Below, one piece after another: positions 1 to 8,576 of a stretch of 64,000 nucleotides of DNA. Position 1 is the first letter of the stretch. The number at the start of each line of letters is the position of its first letter. The DNA lies in IMG/VR virus record IMGVR_UViG_3300021185_001231; one strand, given 5' to 3'. Source of the DNA: a virus. The position numbers were made by a program, and so were the translations under genes. Below the pieces are notes generated by a model. It did not search any database. It saw nothing but the letters and a program-made list of their open reading frames with translations, and was not told the origin of the DNA.

Positions 1-160
1 GAGAGTCATCAGGGTTAGAATGTCTTTGTCGATGATAATTTTTAGGTTCGAAATTATTTTTGCAGAAGTAGGTAGCTGTCCAATAGGCCATAGTGGAGTA
101 TGTATAGGGGGTCTCACTCATCCAAGATTGCTTGAAGTCTGATATCTCTTGCGGTGTCAC
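1..160 (-). CDS. Hypothetical protein, runs off the window edge
   Basis: Open frame read manually from GTG at 160 (MTPQEISDFKQSWMSETPY...), overlapping the TAG of the upstream ORF; no stop before position 1. Confidence 0.55.
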   Translation of the reverse strand, partial: MTPQEISDFKQSWMSETPYTYSTMAYWTATYFCKNNFEPKNYHRQRHSNPDDS

Positions 161-387
161 TAGTCAATTTCCTCTACGGTTACTCTGTACATCTTTCCAT
201 TAACATCTACAACATCTACCCATTTTAATGTAGATACCATATAACCTTCTTCTGGTTCAAGATCCATCTTAACCAACCCAACAGATTCGACAATACCTTC
301 ACCAATCCTATCTTTTTCTAAAGCTGGTTTGAGTATAGTATGAGCGATGTAATCACAGTAGGCCATATTCATAATCATCTCACCCAT
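160..387 (-). CDS. Hypothetical protein
   Basis: ORF track; tightly packed with neighbours downstream of an early-type promoter. Confidence 0.6.
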   Translation of the reverse strand: MGEMIMNMAYCDYIAHTILKPALEKDRIGEGIVESVGLVKMDLEPEEGYMVSTLKWVDVVDVNGKMYRVTVEEID

Positions 388-590
388 ATGTGTGTGTATT
401 TAGAAGGCATGTTCTCACAAGTGTAGTTATCTCCTTCAACATAATTCATAACATCAACGCATTTTCCGGTGGCATTACTTACATAAACTTCTGGCGTGTT
501 AAGTGCGTTCATAATAATCGATAAGAATGTCAGTACAAAAATAACCAATACAATACCACCCAAAATATCTTTCAAAGTTTGTTTACTCAT
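375..590 (-). CDS. Small membrane-anchored hypothetical protein
   Basis: One TM helix (ILGGIVLVIFVLTFLSIIM) then a Cys-pair domain; start reassigned to MSKQ at 590 behind GGAG. Confidence 0.65.
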   Translation of the reverse strand: MSKQTLKDILGGIVLVIFVLTFLSIIMNALNTPEVYVSNATGKCVDVMNYVEGDNYTCENMPSKYTHIWVR

Positions 591-720
591 CTTCTTCTCC
601 GATATAGTTTCCATAATAATCGTAGTTGGGGTCTTCCCTCATTTTTTTCATCGATTCAATTTCGTATTGTCCGGTGGCACACATAAAAAAGTGCAGAATC
701 TTATTCAATAAACTCATCAT
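583..720 (-). CDS. Small hypothetical protein
   Basis: 3' part of ORF 583..813; ATG at 720/717 follows GGAGG. Confidence 0.5.
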   Translation of the reverse strand: MMSLLNKILHFFMCATGQYEIESMKKMREDPNYDYYGNYIGEEDE

Positions 721-883
721 CTTCCTCCAAAACCTCAAGTAACATTTCCAAACGATTTCTTTCTTTGATAATTCTTTCCGACATATAGTCCGGTAAGTGG
801 TCAAAGTCTCCATCTTGCATAAGGAGAATAAATCCTTCTAACTCCTCAGACAGTTCTTTGTGCGCTATAGCTAGTGGGGTCAT
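701..883 (-). CDS. Small acidic hypothetical protein (early)
   Basis: AAGGAG RBS; directly downstream of consensus promoter 910-938. Confidence 0.65.
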   Translation of the reverse strand: MTPLAIAHKELSEELEGFILLMQDGDFDHLPDYMSERIIKERNRLEMLLEVLEEDDEFIE

Positions 884-909
884 AATATCTCCTTATTATC
901 AATACAAGT

Positions 910-938
910 ATTATAACAGATTAAACAAACATTGTCAA
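910..938 (-). promoter_or_regulatory. Sigma70-type early promoter
   Basis: TTGACA-17 nt-TATAAT with TG extension. Confidence 0.85.
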
Positions 939-943
939 CAGTC

Positions 944-1339
944 TTACCAACATTTTTCGTAGAGAATATCTTCAAGATCGTATGCTTCGACTTCCCAAGG
1001 TTCCTCTCCATTAGTATCCATCCCCTTCCAAGTATCGCCCTGATCGTTTATTTCTCCTCGCAACCATTGCTTTGCGTGAACCATCTCATGAGCTAAGGTT
1101 TTCATCATAGATTCCACACCCAAAGGGTTTCCTCGACTGGTTCTTGCAATATCAATTTCAACTTCTTCTCTATCGCCCAGACAATATCCTTGGGCATCGG
1201 AATCCAATTCATTTTTAAATGTAACAGTAATAGATTTTGTACGGAGTCGGTGAATACCTAACTCTTTAGATAACGCATGGATGTAAGATTCCACACGTTT
1301 TTTGTTTTTAATACGACCTGAAATATATAACAAATTCAT
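944..1339 (-). CDS. Zincin-like metallopeptidase (HExxH)
   Basis: LAHEMVHAKQ plus downstream PWEVEAY; start moved to MNLLY (1339) because the promoter overlaps the longer ORF start. Confidence 0.7.
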   Translation of the reverse strand: MNLLYISGRIKNKKRVESYIHALSKELGIHRLRTKSITVTFKNELDSDAQGYCLGDREEVEIDIARTSRGNPLGVESMMKTLAHEMVHAKQWLRGEINDQGDTWKGMDTNGEEPWEVEAYDLEDILYEKCW

Positions 1340-1366
1340 ATGAACATCTCTCAGTAGTAAGTAGAC

Positions 1367-1395
1367 ATTGTACCACATACTGAGAGGAATGTCAA
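1367..1395 (-). promoter_or_regulatory. Sigma70-type early promoter
   Basis: TTGACA-17 nt-TACAAT, TGTGG extension. Confidence 0.75.
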
Positions 1396-1404
1396 GTCTT
1401 TTTT

Positions 1405-1569
1405 TTATTTATCTTCAGACTTTAATAATGTCCAAAGACCGTAACCAAGGCCTACCCAAGCGATAAGTTTAGCAATACCACCAAATAAAATAACCGAACC
1501 ACAGATACCCACCAAAGTGATTCCGTCCCAAGATGTTCTTTCACCCATTAACTTTTTTAAGTATGACAT
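1405..1569 (-). CDS. 54-aa two-TM membrane protein (not in ORF track)
   Basis: Manual translation MSYLKKLMGERTSWDGITLVGICGSVILFGGIAKLIAWVGLGYGLWTLLKSEDK; start abuts the lipase stop. Confidence 0.7.
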   Translation of the reverse strand: MSYLKKLMGERTSWDGITLVGICGSVILFGGIAKLIAWVGLGYGLWTLLKSEDK

Positions 1570-2340
1570 TTATTTATCCTCTTCTATCCAATTATCCAGA
1601 TGTTCAATATAAGCACCAATATTATGATCACTAAAATTATCTATGCGGCCGACTTTGATGCCCATCCACATCCCTCTTAATTTATCTTTGACTCTTTGCC
1701 AAGTAGTTAAATCACGGACCTTACCATAAGCGTTAATGTAACAAGAATCTCCGTGATGGGTATAACCCATTAATACTAAAGGAACTGTAGTAACGATATC
1801 GTTGTTATTTCTCCATCGATAATGTTTTACTGGGAGACTTTGACAGTATTTTCTCCAACCAACTCTAGGGGAACCGTAAGTGTAAAGTTCCTCAACATTA
1901 GGCATATCCTCGTCCAGAGTACACCTTGCAGCTATGATAGTTGCCATTGCGGCACCTAGACTATGACCAGTCACCCATAAAGTTCTTTTTGCGAAAACTT
2001 TAGGTACTAGATCTTCTTTTATCATAGGCCAGAGTTCATCTACCTCTCCTTTAAATCCTCGATGAACCCTACTTATAGTTTCGGAAATAACAGGTATCGC
2101 TTTGAGGTCAGCACTAATATCATTAAACTCGGTAGGTTGCGTTCCTCTACAAGCAATAACTAAATCTTTTTTATTCTGAAAACGATATGCCTGAGCACCA
2201 TCCTTATCATAAAATTCTACTTGAGTAAAACCAAGTTTCTTAGATTCCTTTTTAGCTTCCTTCAAAGGTAGGTAAGCGATAGCACTAAGCTTTGCGAACA
2301 AGGAACTTCTCTCGCGGACATTGGTCAATAATATACTCAT
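1570..2340 (-). CDS. Class 3 lipase (alpha/beta hydrolase)
   Basis: IACRGT, VHRGF, TGHSLGAA nucleophile elbow, YTYGSPRVG, NDIV and C-terminal DH. Confidence 0.88.
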   Translation of the reverse strand: MSILLTNVRERSSLFAKLSAIAYLPLKEAKKESKKLGFTQVEFYDKDGAQAYRFQNKKDLVIACRGTQPTEFNDISADLKAIPVISETISRVHRGFKGEVDELWPMIKEDLVPKVFAKRTLWVTGHSLGAAMATIIAARCTLDEDMPNVEELYTYGSPRVGWRKYCQSLPVKHYRWRNNNDIVTTVPLVLMGYTHHGDSCYINAYGKVRDLTTWQRVKDKLRGMWMGIKVGRIDNFSDHNIGAYIEHLDNWIEEDK

Positions 2341-2618
2341 AGTTCTTTCTCCAATTCTATAATTCTATCTTCTAGTTGATCTATTTTTCTGGCAATGTTG
2401 GGGTTTACTTTCTTCCAAGCATTGGGATCTTGGGTTAACCAAGTCCATTCATACTTCTCAACTAAACTATCTATTAAAGTGTCCCACTTACCGAATGTCC
2501 ACATAGCGATTTTAGTATCCCTCATGTATGCGATAAACAATGCACCTAGAATACTTCCACCTATAGCGGTGTAGACCCACAGAGTGTCACCAAACATACG
2601 TTCAATATTTTCCCACAT
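2337..2618 (-). CDS. Membrane protein with C-terminal coiled coil
   Basis: N-terminal TM (LWVYTAIGGSILGALFIAY), heptads at C-terminus; ATGA overlap with lipase. Confidence 0.65.
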   Translation of the reverse strand: MWENIERMFGDTLWVYTAIGGSILGALFIAYMRDTKIAMWTFGKWDTLIDSLVEKYEWTWLTQDPNAWKKVNPNIARKIDQLEDRIIELEKEL

Positions 2619-2620
2619 AA

Positions 2621-2800
2621 CTACAATCCTTTATGAAATTTAAGCAACTTCTTAAGTCGGTTAAGTTTTTTGGTATACCTAGGACCTTTATTAGATAAGA
2701 GTCTTATCTCTTTTTCTAGTTTTATTCCGTAAGTATCAAGTTTATCACCATCAACAAAAACCTTCCGGTTTTCTTTAATGTCAATACTCCATTCTTTCAT
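2621..2800 (-). CDS. 59-aa basic hypothetical protein (not in ORF track)
   Basis: Manual translation MKEWSIDIKENRKVFVDGDKLDTY...; AAGGA RBS; fills the intergenic gap. Confidence 0.55.
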   Translation of the reverse strand: MKEWSIDIKENRKVFVDGDKLDTYGIKLEKEIRLLSNKGPRYTKKLNRLKKLLKFHKGL

Positions 2801-2816
2801 AATATATATTCCTTAA

Positions 2817-3512
2817 TTATCTAGTCTTATTTTTCTTCTCTTGTGATACCCATTTCTTAGCAAGTCTAGATGATGGAGGTTTCTTTGACCATTGTCCCAC
2901 ACCTTTATATGCTGCCATAGTTTCTTTCTTAAAATCTTTTCCATCACTGTTATCAACTATGTATGTGTTCGATTTTCCAAACATCTGTTGAAACTTTCCA
3001 ATATTATCTTGTACAGCCTGCCACATAGGAGACAACATTTTTTTACCGATAGATCTTTTACGTTGTGCATCACGATCTACAGCTGTATCAAGGTTAGTGT
3101 TGACAATAATAATGGCAGTTTCATAACCCATTTTTTCAAGTTCTTTTTTCTGCTTCAACATCTTATCAGCATCTTTACCTGTACCATCGATAACAATACC
3201 AAGACGACCCTTAAGGTACATCTCTTTCTTAGTTGATGTAAGTTCTGTTGCCTTACCTCTGAGTTCTTGACCTTTAACAGAGAATATATTATCTGGACTC
3301 ATTTCCATTCCAGCTTTCTTCATTGCATTCTCAAACGCATCATCAGAATTTATTACTCTAAAACCAAAAGAAGTCAGAGCAGTTTTTCCAGCAATAAAAG
3401 ATTTTCCTGAACCCGGCCCTCCAGCAAGGAACACCGCTTTAAATATAGCAGGATCATTTACACCTTCTTCGAGATGTTCCAGTTCCTCACAGAATTGTTT
3501 AAACTTTTTCAC
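2817..3512 (-). CDS. P-loop kinase, zeta-toxin/AAA_33-like
   Basis: AVFLAGGPGSGKS Walker A, INSDD, IVIDGT, RxxxR lid. Confidence 0.75.
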   Translation of the reverse strand: MKKFKQFCEELEHLEEGVNDPAIFKAVFLAGGPGSGKSFIAGKTALTSFGFRVINSDDAFENAMKKAGMEMSPDNIFSVKGQELRGKATELTSTKKEMYLKGRLGIVIDGTGKDADKMLKQKKELEKMGYETAIIIVNTNLDTAVDRDAQRKRSIGKKMLSPMWQAVQDNIGKFQQMFGKSNTYIVDNSDGKDFKKETMAAYKGVGQWSKKPPSSRLAKKWVSQEKKNKTR

Positions 3513-3515
3513 GAT

Positions 3516-3776
3516 TTATCCTTTTGACCACAAATGAAGTGCGATATCTATTAATTCGGCCTTTTTAGTAGGAAGTCTTCCAGATTTTCCTTTAGATTGT
3601 ATGTATTTTTTAATTTCGGGAACAGTCATTTTTGCGAAAACTGATCTTTGTTTTTCTTTATCTTGTCTAGAAGGTCCATTAAGAACCGTTCGAATATTTT
3701 TGTCTCTTCCTTTGAAAAATAAAACTAAACCTATAACTACTACAAAAAGTACTAAAGCTACTATCTCATTACTCAT
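3516..3776 (-). CDS. Membrane-anchored protein with HeH/SAP/Rho-N-like C-terminus
   Basis: N-terminal TM; MTVPEIKKYIQSKG...KKAELID pattern. Confidence 0.55.
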   Translation of the reverse strand: MSNEIVALVLFVVVIGLVLFFKGRDKNIRTVLNGPSRQDKEKQRSVFAKMTVPEIKKYIQSKGKSGRLPTKKAELIDIALHLWSKG

Positions 3777-3812
3777 TTTTCTTCCCCTATATTCCTGTGT
3801 GGCAGTTTGCTT

Positions 3813-3841
3813 ATTATAACACAGAAATCTGTGTTTGTCAA
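3813..3841 (-). promoter_or_regulatory. Sigma70-type promoter with dyad in spacer
   Basis: TTGACA-17 nt-TATAAT; spacer contains ACACAGA-TT-TCTGTGT. Confidence 0.8.
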
Positions 3842-3845
3842 ATAC

Positions 3846-3853
3846 TATTTATA
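3846..3853 (-). promoter_or_regulatory. T4-type late promoter
   Basis: TATAAATA overlapping the stop of 3849..4646. Confidence 0.55.
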
Positions 3854-4646
3854 ATATATTATCTACCAATATCAAATCAAATGTAGCACTACAAGAAGTT
3901 GCTTGAGCAGCCTCAACATCAATGCGGATATCTGTTTTTTCGAGAAATTGTAGGGGTACAGGATATTCCATACGGATATTCTGTCCGCCCGCTGAATTAA
4001 ATTGCCCTTTGATTCTGGGTACACCTCCGTTAAAATCTTCTCTGACAATCAAACTGTAAATCATTGCAGAGTTAGTAGATGCCTTATCAGAACCCAGAGT
4101 TAACTCTAATAGGTATGCAGTCTTACCAGCAGGGACAGTATAAACTGCCATAAGGGTTTGACCATTGCCCGCAAGAATTATCGCCATATTTACTGGGATA
4201 CCCGCCATATTAATAGTAACGTCAGATAAGTTAATAGTGTCTAACATATATGCGCGAAAGACGCGTCCAAAAGAAAGAGTAGCGGTATCACCGATTGCAA
4301 CTTCCTCTGTCTGTTCGTTGAAGTCTAAATCTAGACCTTCGATAACCACAATGTCTCCAATATTATTAAGAGAATTGACCTCTGGAGTTCCTGTTATTGG
4401 GCCTGGGTAGGTATCATTATTATCATTACCGTCCCAGATTACTCCGGAAGTAACATCACCATCGGTAGCACCGAATTTATGGACATGTTTATATCCAGTA
4501 ATTTGTCCCGCTGCAAGCGGAATGTTACTTGCTGCACCAGAAGTATTCAGTATATTACCGTCTTTATCAGCAATCATGACTACTTCATGAAGATTGTTAT
4601 TACTGGGATTAAAATGTTCTCCCCTTTTTACTGACCATTGAGCCAT
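3849..4646 (-). CDS. Hypothetical beta-rich protein, probably late/virion-associated
   Basis: GGAGAG RBS, TATAAATA upstream; Gly/Thr/Asn-rich composition. Confidence 0.6.
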   Translation of the reverse strand: MAQWSVKRGEHFNPSNNNLHEVVMIADKDGNILNTSGAASNIPLAAGQITGYKHVHKFGATDGDVTSGVIWDGNDNNDTYPGPITGTPEVNSLNNIGDIVVIEGLDLDFNEQTEEVAIGDTATLSFGRVFRAYMLDTINLSDVTINMAGIPVNMAIILAGNGQTLMAVYTVPAGKTAYLLELTLGSDKASTNSAMIYSLIVREDFNGGVPRIKGQFNSAGGQNIRMEYPVPLQFLEKTDIRIDVEAAQATSCSATFDLILVDNIL

Positions 4647-4690
4647 AAAAATCTCTCCATATATATTTTATTATTGTTGAAGTTTAATAC

Positions 4691-4698
4691 TATTTATA
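4691..4698 (-). promoter_or_regulatory. T4-type late promoter
   Basis: TATAAATA about 45 nt upstream of the 4646 start. Confidence 0.65.
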
Positions 4699-6514
4699 TA
4701 AGTTTGGGTTTATAAATGGTTATTAGTTCTTCCTTACCCTTAACCTTTATGTTTCCTATTTCTTGACACCTAAAACTGTCACTTAGTTGTTCCTGTGTAT
4801 AACTAGATATAATAGTCTTATGTTCTAAGTAATCTCCTCGTGCTGCCGTAGCTTCTAGTCTAGCTGCCAAGTTGACTGCATCTCCAATAACCGAATAGTC
4901 AAATCTGGATTCACTACCCATGTTACCAACAATACAATCGCCGGTGTTAATCCCAGTACCAACATTAATGTCAGGAAGACCACGGGCTTTATATATTTCT
5001 TTAAGTTCATTTGTTTTTTCTTCTATCTCAATAGCTGATTTAACTGCCATTTCAGCATGGTTTTCACAGGATAATGGCGCATTCCAAAATGCCATTATGC
5101 AGTCTCCCATATACTTGTCAATAGTTCCTCCATTAGATAATATAATTTTTGTCATAGCGTCTAAGAATTCATTTACCAACTCTACTAATCCTTCAGGGTC
5201 GTCTTTGTTCTTGTAGTGTTCACTGATAGGAGTAAATCCACATATGTCCATAAAAAGAAAGGACATCTCTTTCTTCTCTCCTCCAAGTTTTAGGAGTGAC
5301 GGATCCTTCTGAAGCATGTAGACCATGTCTGGAGATAGATAAGTTCCAAATTGTTTCTTTATCTGCTCTTTGAGTTGGAAAGTAACATAGAATCTATTAA
5401 AAGAAGAGTGCGCAAAAACTACAAAAGATGACATCACCGGATACAATACGTCCAGTAGTATAAGAGATTCCATCCAATAGTAATGACCCACAACAAACCA
5501 ACTAGACATTATTCCTAATGAACCGAGGGCGGAAAACCATGTCGGTGTTTTGTAGACTATGAGAAGGATAAGAAATGAAGACATAATGATGACTAGTATT
5601 TCTAACTGATCTGCATACCAAGGCCTTTGTATTTGAATACCGTTCACTACAGTAGATATTAAGTGTGCTTGGATATCATGAGGCAGCATAGCACCAGTAG
5701 GAGTCGCGACAGGATTGACTAATCCTCCGGCGCTCAAACCCAGTATGATTATTTTTTCATCTGGTAGAGGGTCTCCAAAGGATACTCTTTCGTAGGTGTT
5801 CCAGTAGGCTATTTGTACATTTGAGTTTGGTGTGGTGTACATAAGAGGAAGTGAACCCATTCTCACCCACTCCACTCCAGCTTCTTTTATTTTTATTGCG
5901 AGGTTGGGTTGGAACTCCCAGACACGAAGTATCTCCAAAGCAACGGAAGGATAGAGGTGATCATTAGATAATACTGCTAAAGGAGACTCCCTCACAATAC
6001 CATCTACAGAAGGGGCGACAGTAACAGTTCCGACTCCGGCGGAGTCCTTTCCCATTATAGGATTTCTTATTCCGTTGTAGGAATACAACCAGTCAGAAGG
6101 ATTTCCATTACCGAGTTTGCCGAACCCCCTAGGAGGTGCCTTATTACTCTCTAACTGATTTGTTGTTAATGAAGATAGAATGACATCCCTATTAGACATA
6201 GAAGATATAAATTTTTCATCCCCACCAAACCTATCCCTTTCAGTAAAACCCATATTGAAAACATAGGCACTATTCTCTGGAGAAGACATCAACCAGTCTG
6301 CATATATGTCTCGACTAAACGGAAACTGACCATACCTATCTAAAGCCTTCTCGTCGATATCGACAATGACTATGTTATCCGATCGTATAGGTTCTTGATA
6401 TGACTGAAGAGAATCAAAATAATTTAGTCGGAATTGTTCGACTAGTTTGGGGTCAATTACTCTTACTGTACACAATAGAAGTATTGTTATGAGAACAACT
6501 TTCCAATTATACAT
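4694..6514 (-). CDS. CHASE2-domain membrane class III adenylate cyclase
   Basis: IVIVDIDEKAL..YGQFPFSR (CHASE2), three TMs, then FLFMDICGFT, IDKYMGDCIMAFWNAP, GNMGSESRFDYSVIGDAVNLAARLE with ATP-specifying K/D. Confidence 0.93.
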   Translation of the reverse strand: MYNWKVVLITILLLCTVRVIDPKLVEQFRLNYFDSLQSYQEPIRSDNIVIVDIDEKALDRYGQFPFSRDIYADWLMSSPENSAYVFNMGFTERDRFGGDEKFISSMSNRDVILSSLTTNQLESNKAPPRGFGKLGNGNPSDWLYSYNGIRNPIMGKDSAGVGTVTVAPSVDGIVRESPLAVLSNDHLYPSVALEILRVWEFQPNLAIKIKEAGVEWVRMGSLPLMYTTPNSNVQIAYWNTYERVSFGDPLPDEKIIILGLSAGGLVNPVATPTGAMLPHDIQAHLISTVVNGIQIQRPWYADQLEILVIIMSSFLILLIVYKTPTWFSALGSLGIMSSWFVVGHYYWMESLILLDVLYPVMSSFVVFAHSSFNRFYVTFQLKEQIKKQFGTYLSPDMVYMLQKDPSLLKLGGEKKEMSFLFMDICGFTPISEHYKNKDDPEGLVELVNEFLDAMTKIILSNGGTIDKYMGDCIMAFWNAPLSCENHAEMAVKSAIEIEEKTNELKEIYKARGLPDINVGTGINTGDCIVGNMGSESRFDYSVIGDAVNLAARLEATAARGDYLEHKTIISSYTQEQLSDSFRCQEIGNIKVKGKEELITIYKPKLI

Positions 6515-6518
6515 TCTA

Positions 6519-6686
6519 CTACCAGTCCTTTATAATATTAACCATAATCAATATGCCACAAAGAATATTTATTCCCACTATAAAAGTTCTTATTATCGCT
6601 ATAGCATTCTCAGAATCTGGGTTATAACCATCTTCTTCATCAAATGCTCCTAGTGAATGTTTCCATATCTGCCAATACTTTTTCAT
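6519..6686 (-). CDS. Small membrane protein
   Basis: Start MKKYW at 6686 in ATGA overlap with upstream stop; C-terminal TM. Confidence 0.6.
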   Translation of the reverse strand: MKKYWQIWKHSLGAFDEEDGYNPDSENAIAIIRTFIVGINILCGILIMVNIIKDW

Positions 6687-7432
6687 TGTTGTGTTACCGT
6701 AATTGTGCAACCACCCAAAGTCACACAGTTCTGTGTTAGGGTGTAGTTCATAACACCACTACCTTGTTGTGTAAGATTTAACATGGTTGGGTCTGAACCA
6801 TCTAAGGTAACATTAGCTGTGTGAGTTCCGTACAATTGGTTAACTGTAACATCATTAGAATCATTATCTATATTAAGTGTTAGATTTTTTTCTCCACTTC
6901 CAGCTTGTGTGTAAAAGACATCATTACTATCAGAATCGACATCTATAGATAAGTTGTGATCGGGGTTAGCTGTACCAGATTTCTGGCCACCCTTGATAGT
7001 ATTACTACCACCTAGAATATCGACATAAAGTGTATGGCCAGCATCCTCATGAGTATCTCTATCACAGGATGTGTCTGACATTCCCCCAGCAAATTTACAT
7101 CCCTGACCGACGTTTACGGTGTTATTATTTCCGTTAACATCAATGTACATCTTATTTACATCAGAGCTGATCGTGTTATTCCATTGTTGCGTGGTAATAG
7201 AATTTCCGTCTCCAGATATTCCCGACCCAGACTTCAACAACTCATTTCTATTTCCTTCCTGAAGGACATCCATAGTTAGTTGGTATCCACTCATCACAGT
7301 ATCGACTTTGTTGTTGTCACCAAATTGTCTTATTTTTAAGTTAAGATTATCGCCGGACTGATTGATATATATCTCATTATCAGCGCACAATTCGATACTA
7401 AACATTATAATTATAAAGAATATTTTTTTCAT
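6683..7432 (-). CDS. Secreted curlin-like repeat protein (CsgA/CsgB-like)
   Basis: Signal peptide; repeated x-I-x-Q-x-G-x-x-N units (DNEIYINQSGDNLNLKIRQFGDNN); sits in csgFG cluster. Confidence 0.75.
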   Translation of the reverse strand: MKKIFFIIIMFSIELCADNEIYINQSGDNLNLKIRQFGDNNKVDTVMSGYQLTMDVLQEGNRNELLKSGSGISGDGNSITTQQWNNTISSDVNKMYIDVNGNNNTVNVGQGCKFAGGMSDTSCDRDTHEDAGHTLYVDILGGSNTIKGGQKSGTANPDHNLSIDVDSDSNDVFYTQAGSGEKNLTLNIDNDSNDVTVNQLYGTHTANVTLDGSDPTMLNLTQQGSGVMNYTLTQNCVTLGGCTITVTQQ

Positions 7433-7433
7433 A

Positions 7434-8576
7434 TTAATTAACCTGAGTGATGTTTATAATAACACTCTGTCCGTCACCCAAAACTATTTCAGATTCTTTC
7501 TGATTAGATATAGTTCTTATGGTTGCGTTCTGAGACATTAACAATGTAAGGCTTATTATACCGTCAATGTTTCTATAAAATTTTACAGTTCCTAGACCAG
7601 TGTCGAGTATAGTGTTATACTGAGTGTCGACATTAAACCCTAATGTAGTTCCGGTAAGATCTATTCCCGTATTTAGTTTATCTTTATCTAGTCCTGTCAT
7701 TTTATCTAGATCATCAATAATATCCAAGACATCCTGAAGAAAATCTACATCCAGATAATCAATATCTAGTTCAGTAAATTCCAGATCATCATACTCCAAG
7801 TAATCATTTTCAAGTTCATTAAACTCTAGGAAATCTACATCCAATATATTATCCGAAGAATTTTCAGAAGACAACCCCTCTTCTCTTTTTACATCTTCAA
7901 TTTCTTTCGGTTCTACTATGATGAATATATTGCTAATCATAGAAGTATTGATTCCCGACAAGACGACTGGTTTTGTCGGAGCAGTATCATAGGAGGACAC
8001 CACAGAAGCTTGATAAGGTTCTTCTAATAAAGTTGTTCCACCATTATTGCTTATCATTATCTTTCCGGAAGACTTGCCAGTCTTTTCGTCAGGCAATAAT
8101 ATTATAAGAGATCTTCCGATCTCATCGATAGTGGTGGTGAAGTCTGTCCCAAGAACTGCGATCTGTGCGGTGGGAGTAGTGAGGTTTATATTAGATTTTT
8201 TTATTCTTTTACCGCGTCCAGAAGTAAATCTTGCGGTACCTTGGGCCATGCGGATAGCCATCCTAGACTTGGATGGATCAGGATCGTAGTATGCCTCATC
8301 AATATATATTTTTGTATGTTCTATCAGTGAAAGTTCTTCCTCATCCTTAAACTGAATGAGCATTCTTCCATTACCAGTTACCGCAGTATCCAGCAATTTT
8401 ATTTCTGGGACATTTTTTTCAGAAACAGAGAGTTCCTCACCACCCTTTCGAACTAGTGAGGCAACTCCATTTCTTTCTACTATATCACCAATGGGATCGG
8501 TAGATCCCAGAGATATATTAGTTAGCGTCAGACTGAATAATATTAATATCTGAATGAGTGGTAGCAAACGTCGCAT
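7434..8576 (-). CDS. Exported FecR-domain protein with acidic linker
   Basis: Signal-like N-terminus (MRRLLPLIQILILFSL; start uncertain), DTAVTGNGRMLIQF, GTARF, TPTAQIAVLGTDF FecR motif. Confidence 0.8.
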   Translation of the reverse strand: MRRLLPLIQILILFSLTLTNISLGSTDPIGDIVERNGVASLVRKGGEELSVSEKNVPEIKLLDTAVTGNGRMLIQFKDEEELSLIEHTKIYIDEAYYDPDPSKSRMAIRMAQGTARFTSGRGKRIKKSNINLTTPTAQIAVLGTDFTTTIDEIGRSLIILLPDEKTGKSSGKIMISNNGGTTLLEEPYQASVVSSYDTAPTKPVVLSGINTSMISNIFIIVEPKEIEDVKREEGLSSENSSDNILDVDFLEFNELENDYLEYDDLEFTELDIDYLDVDFLQDVLDIIDDLDKMTGLDKDKLNTGIDLTGTTLGFNVDTQYNTILDTGLGTVKFYRNIDGIISLTLLMSQNATIRTISNQKESEIVLGDGQSVIINITQVN

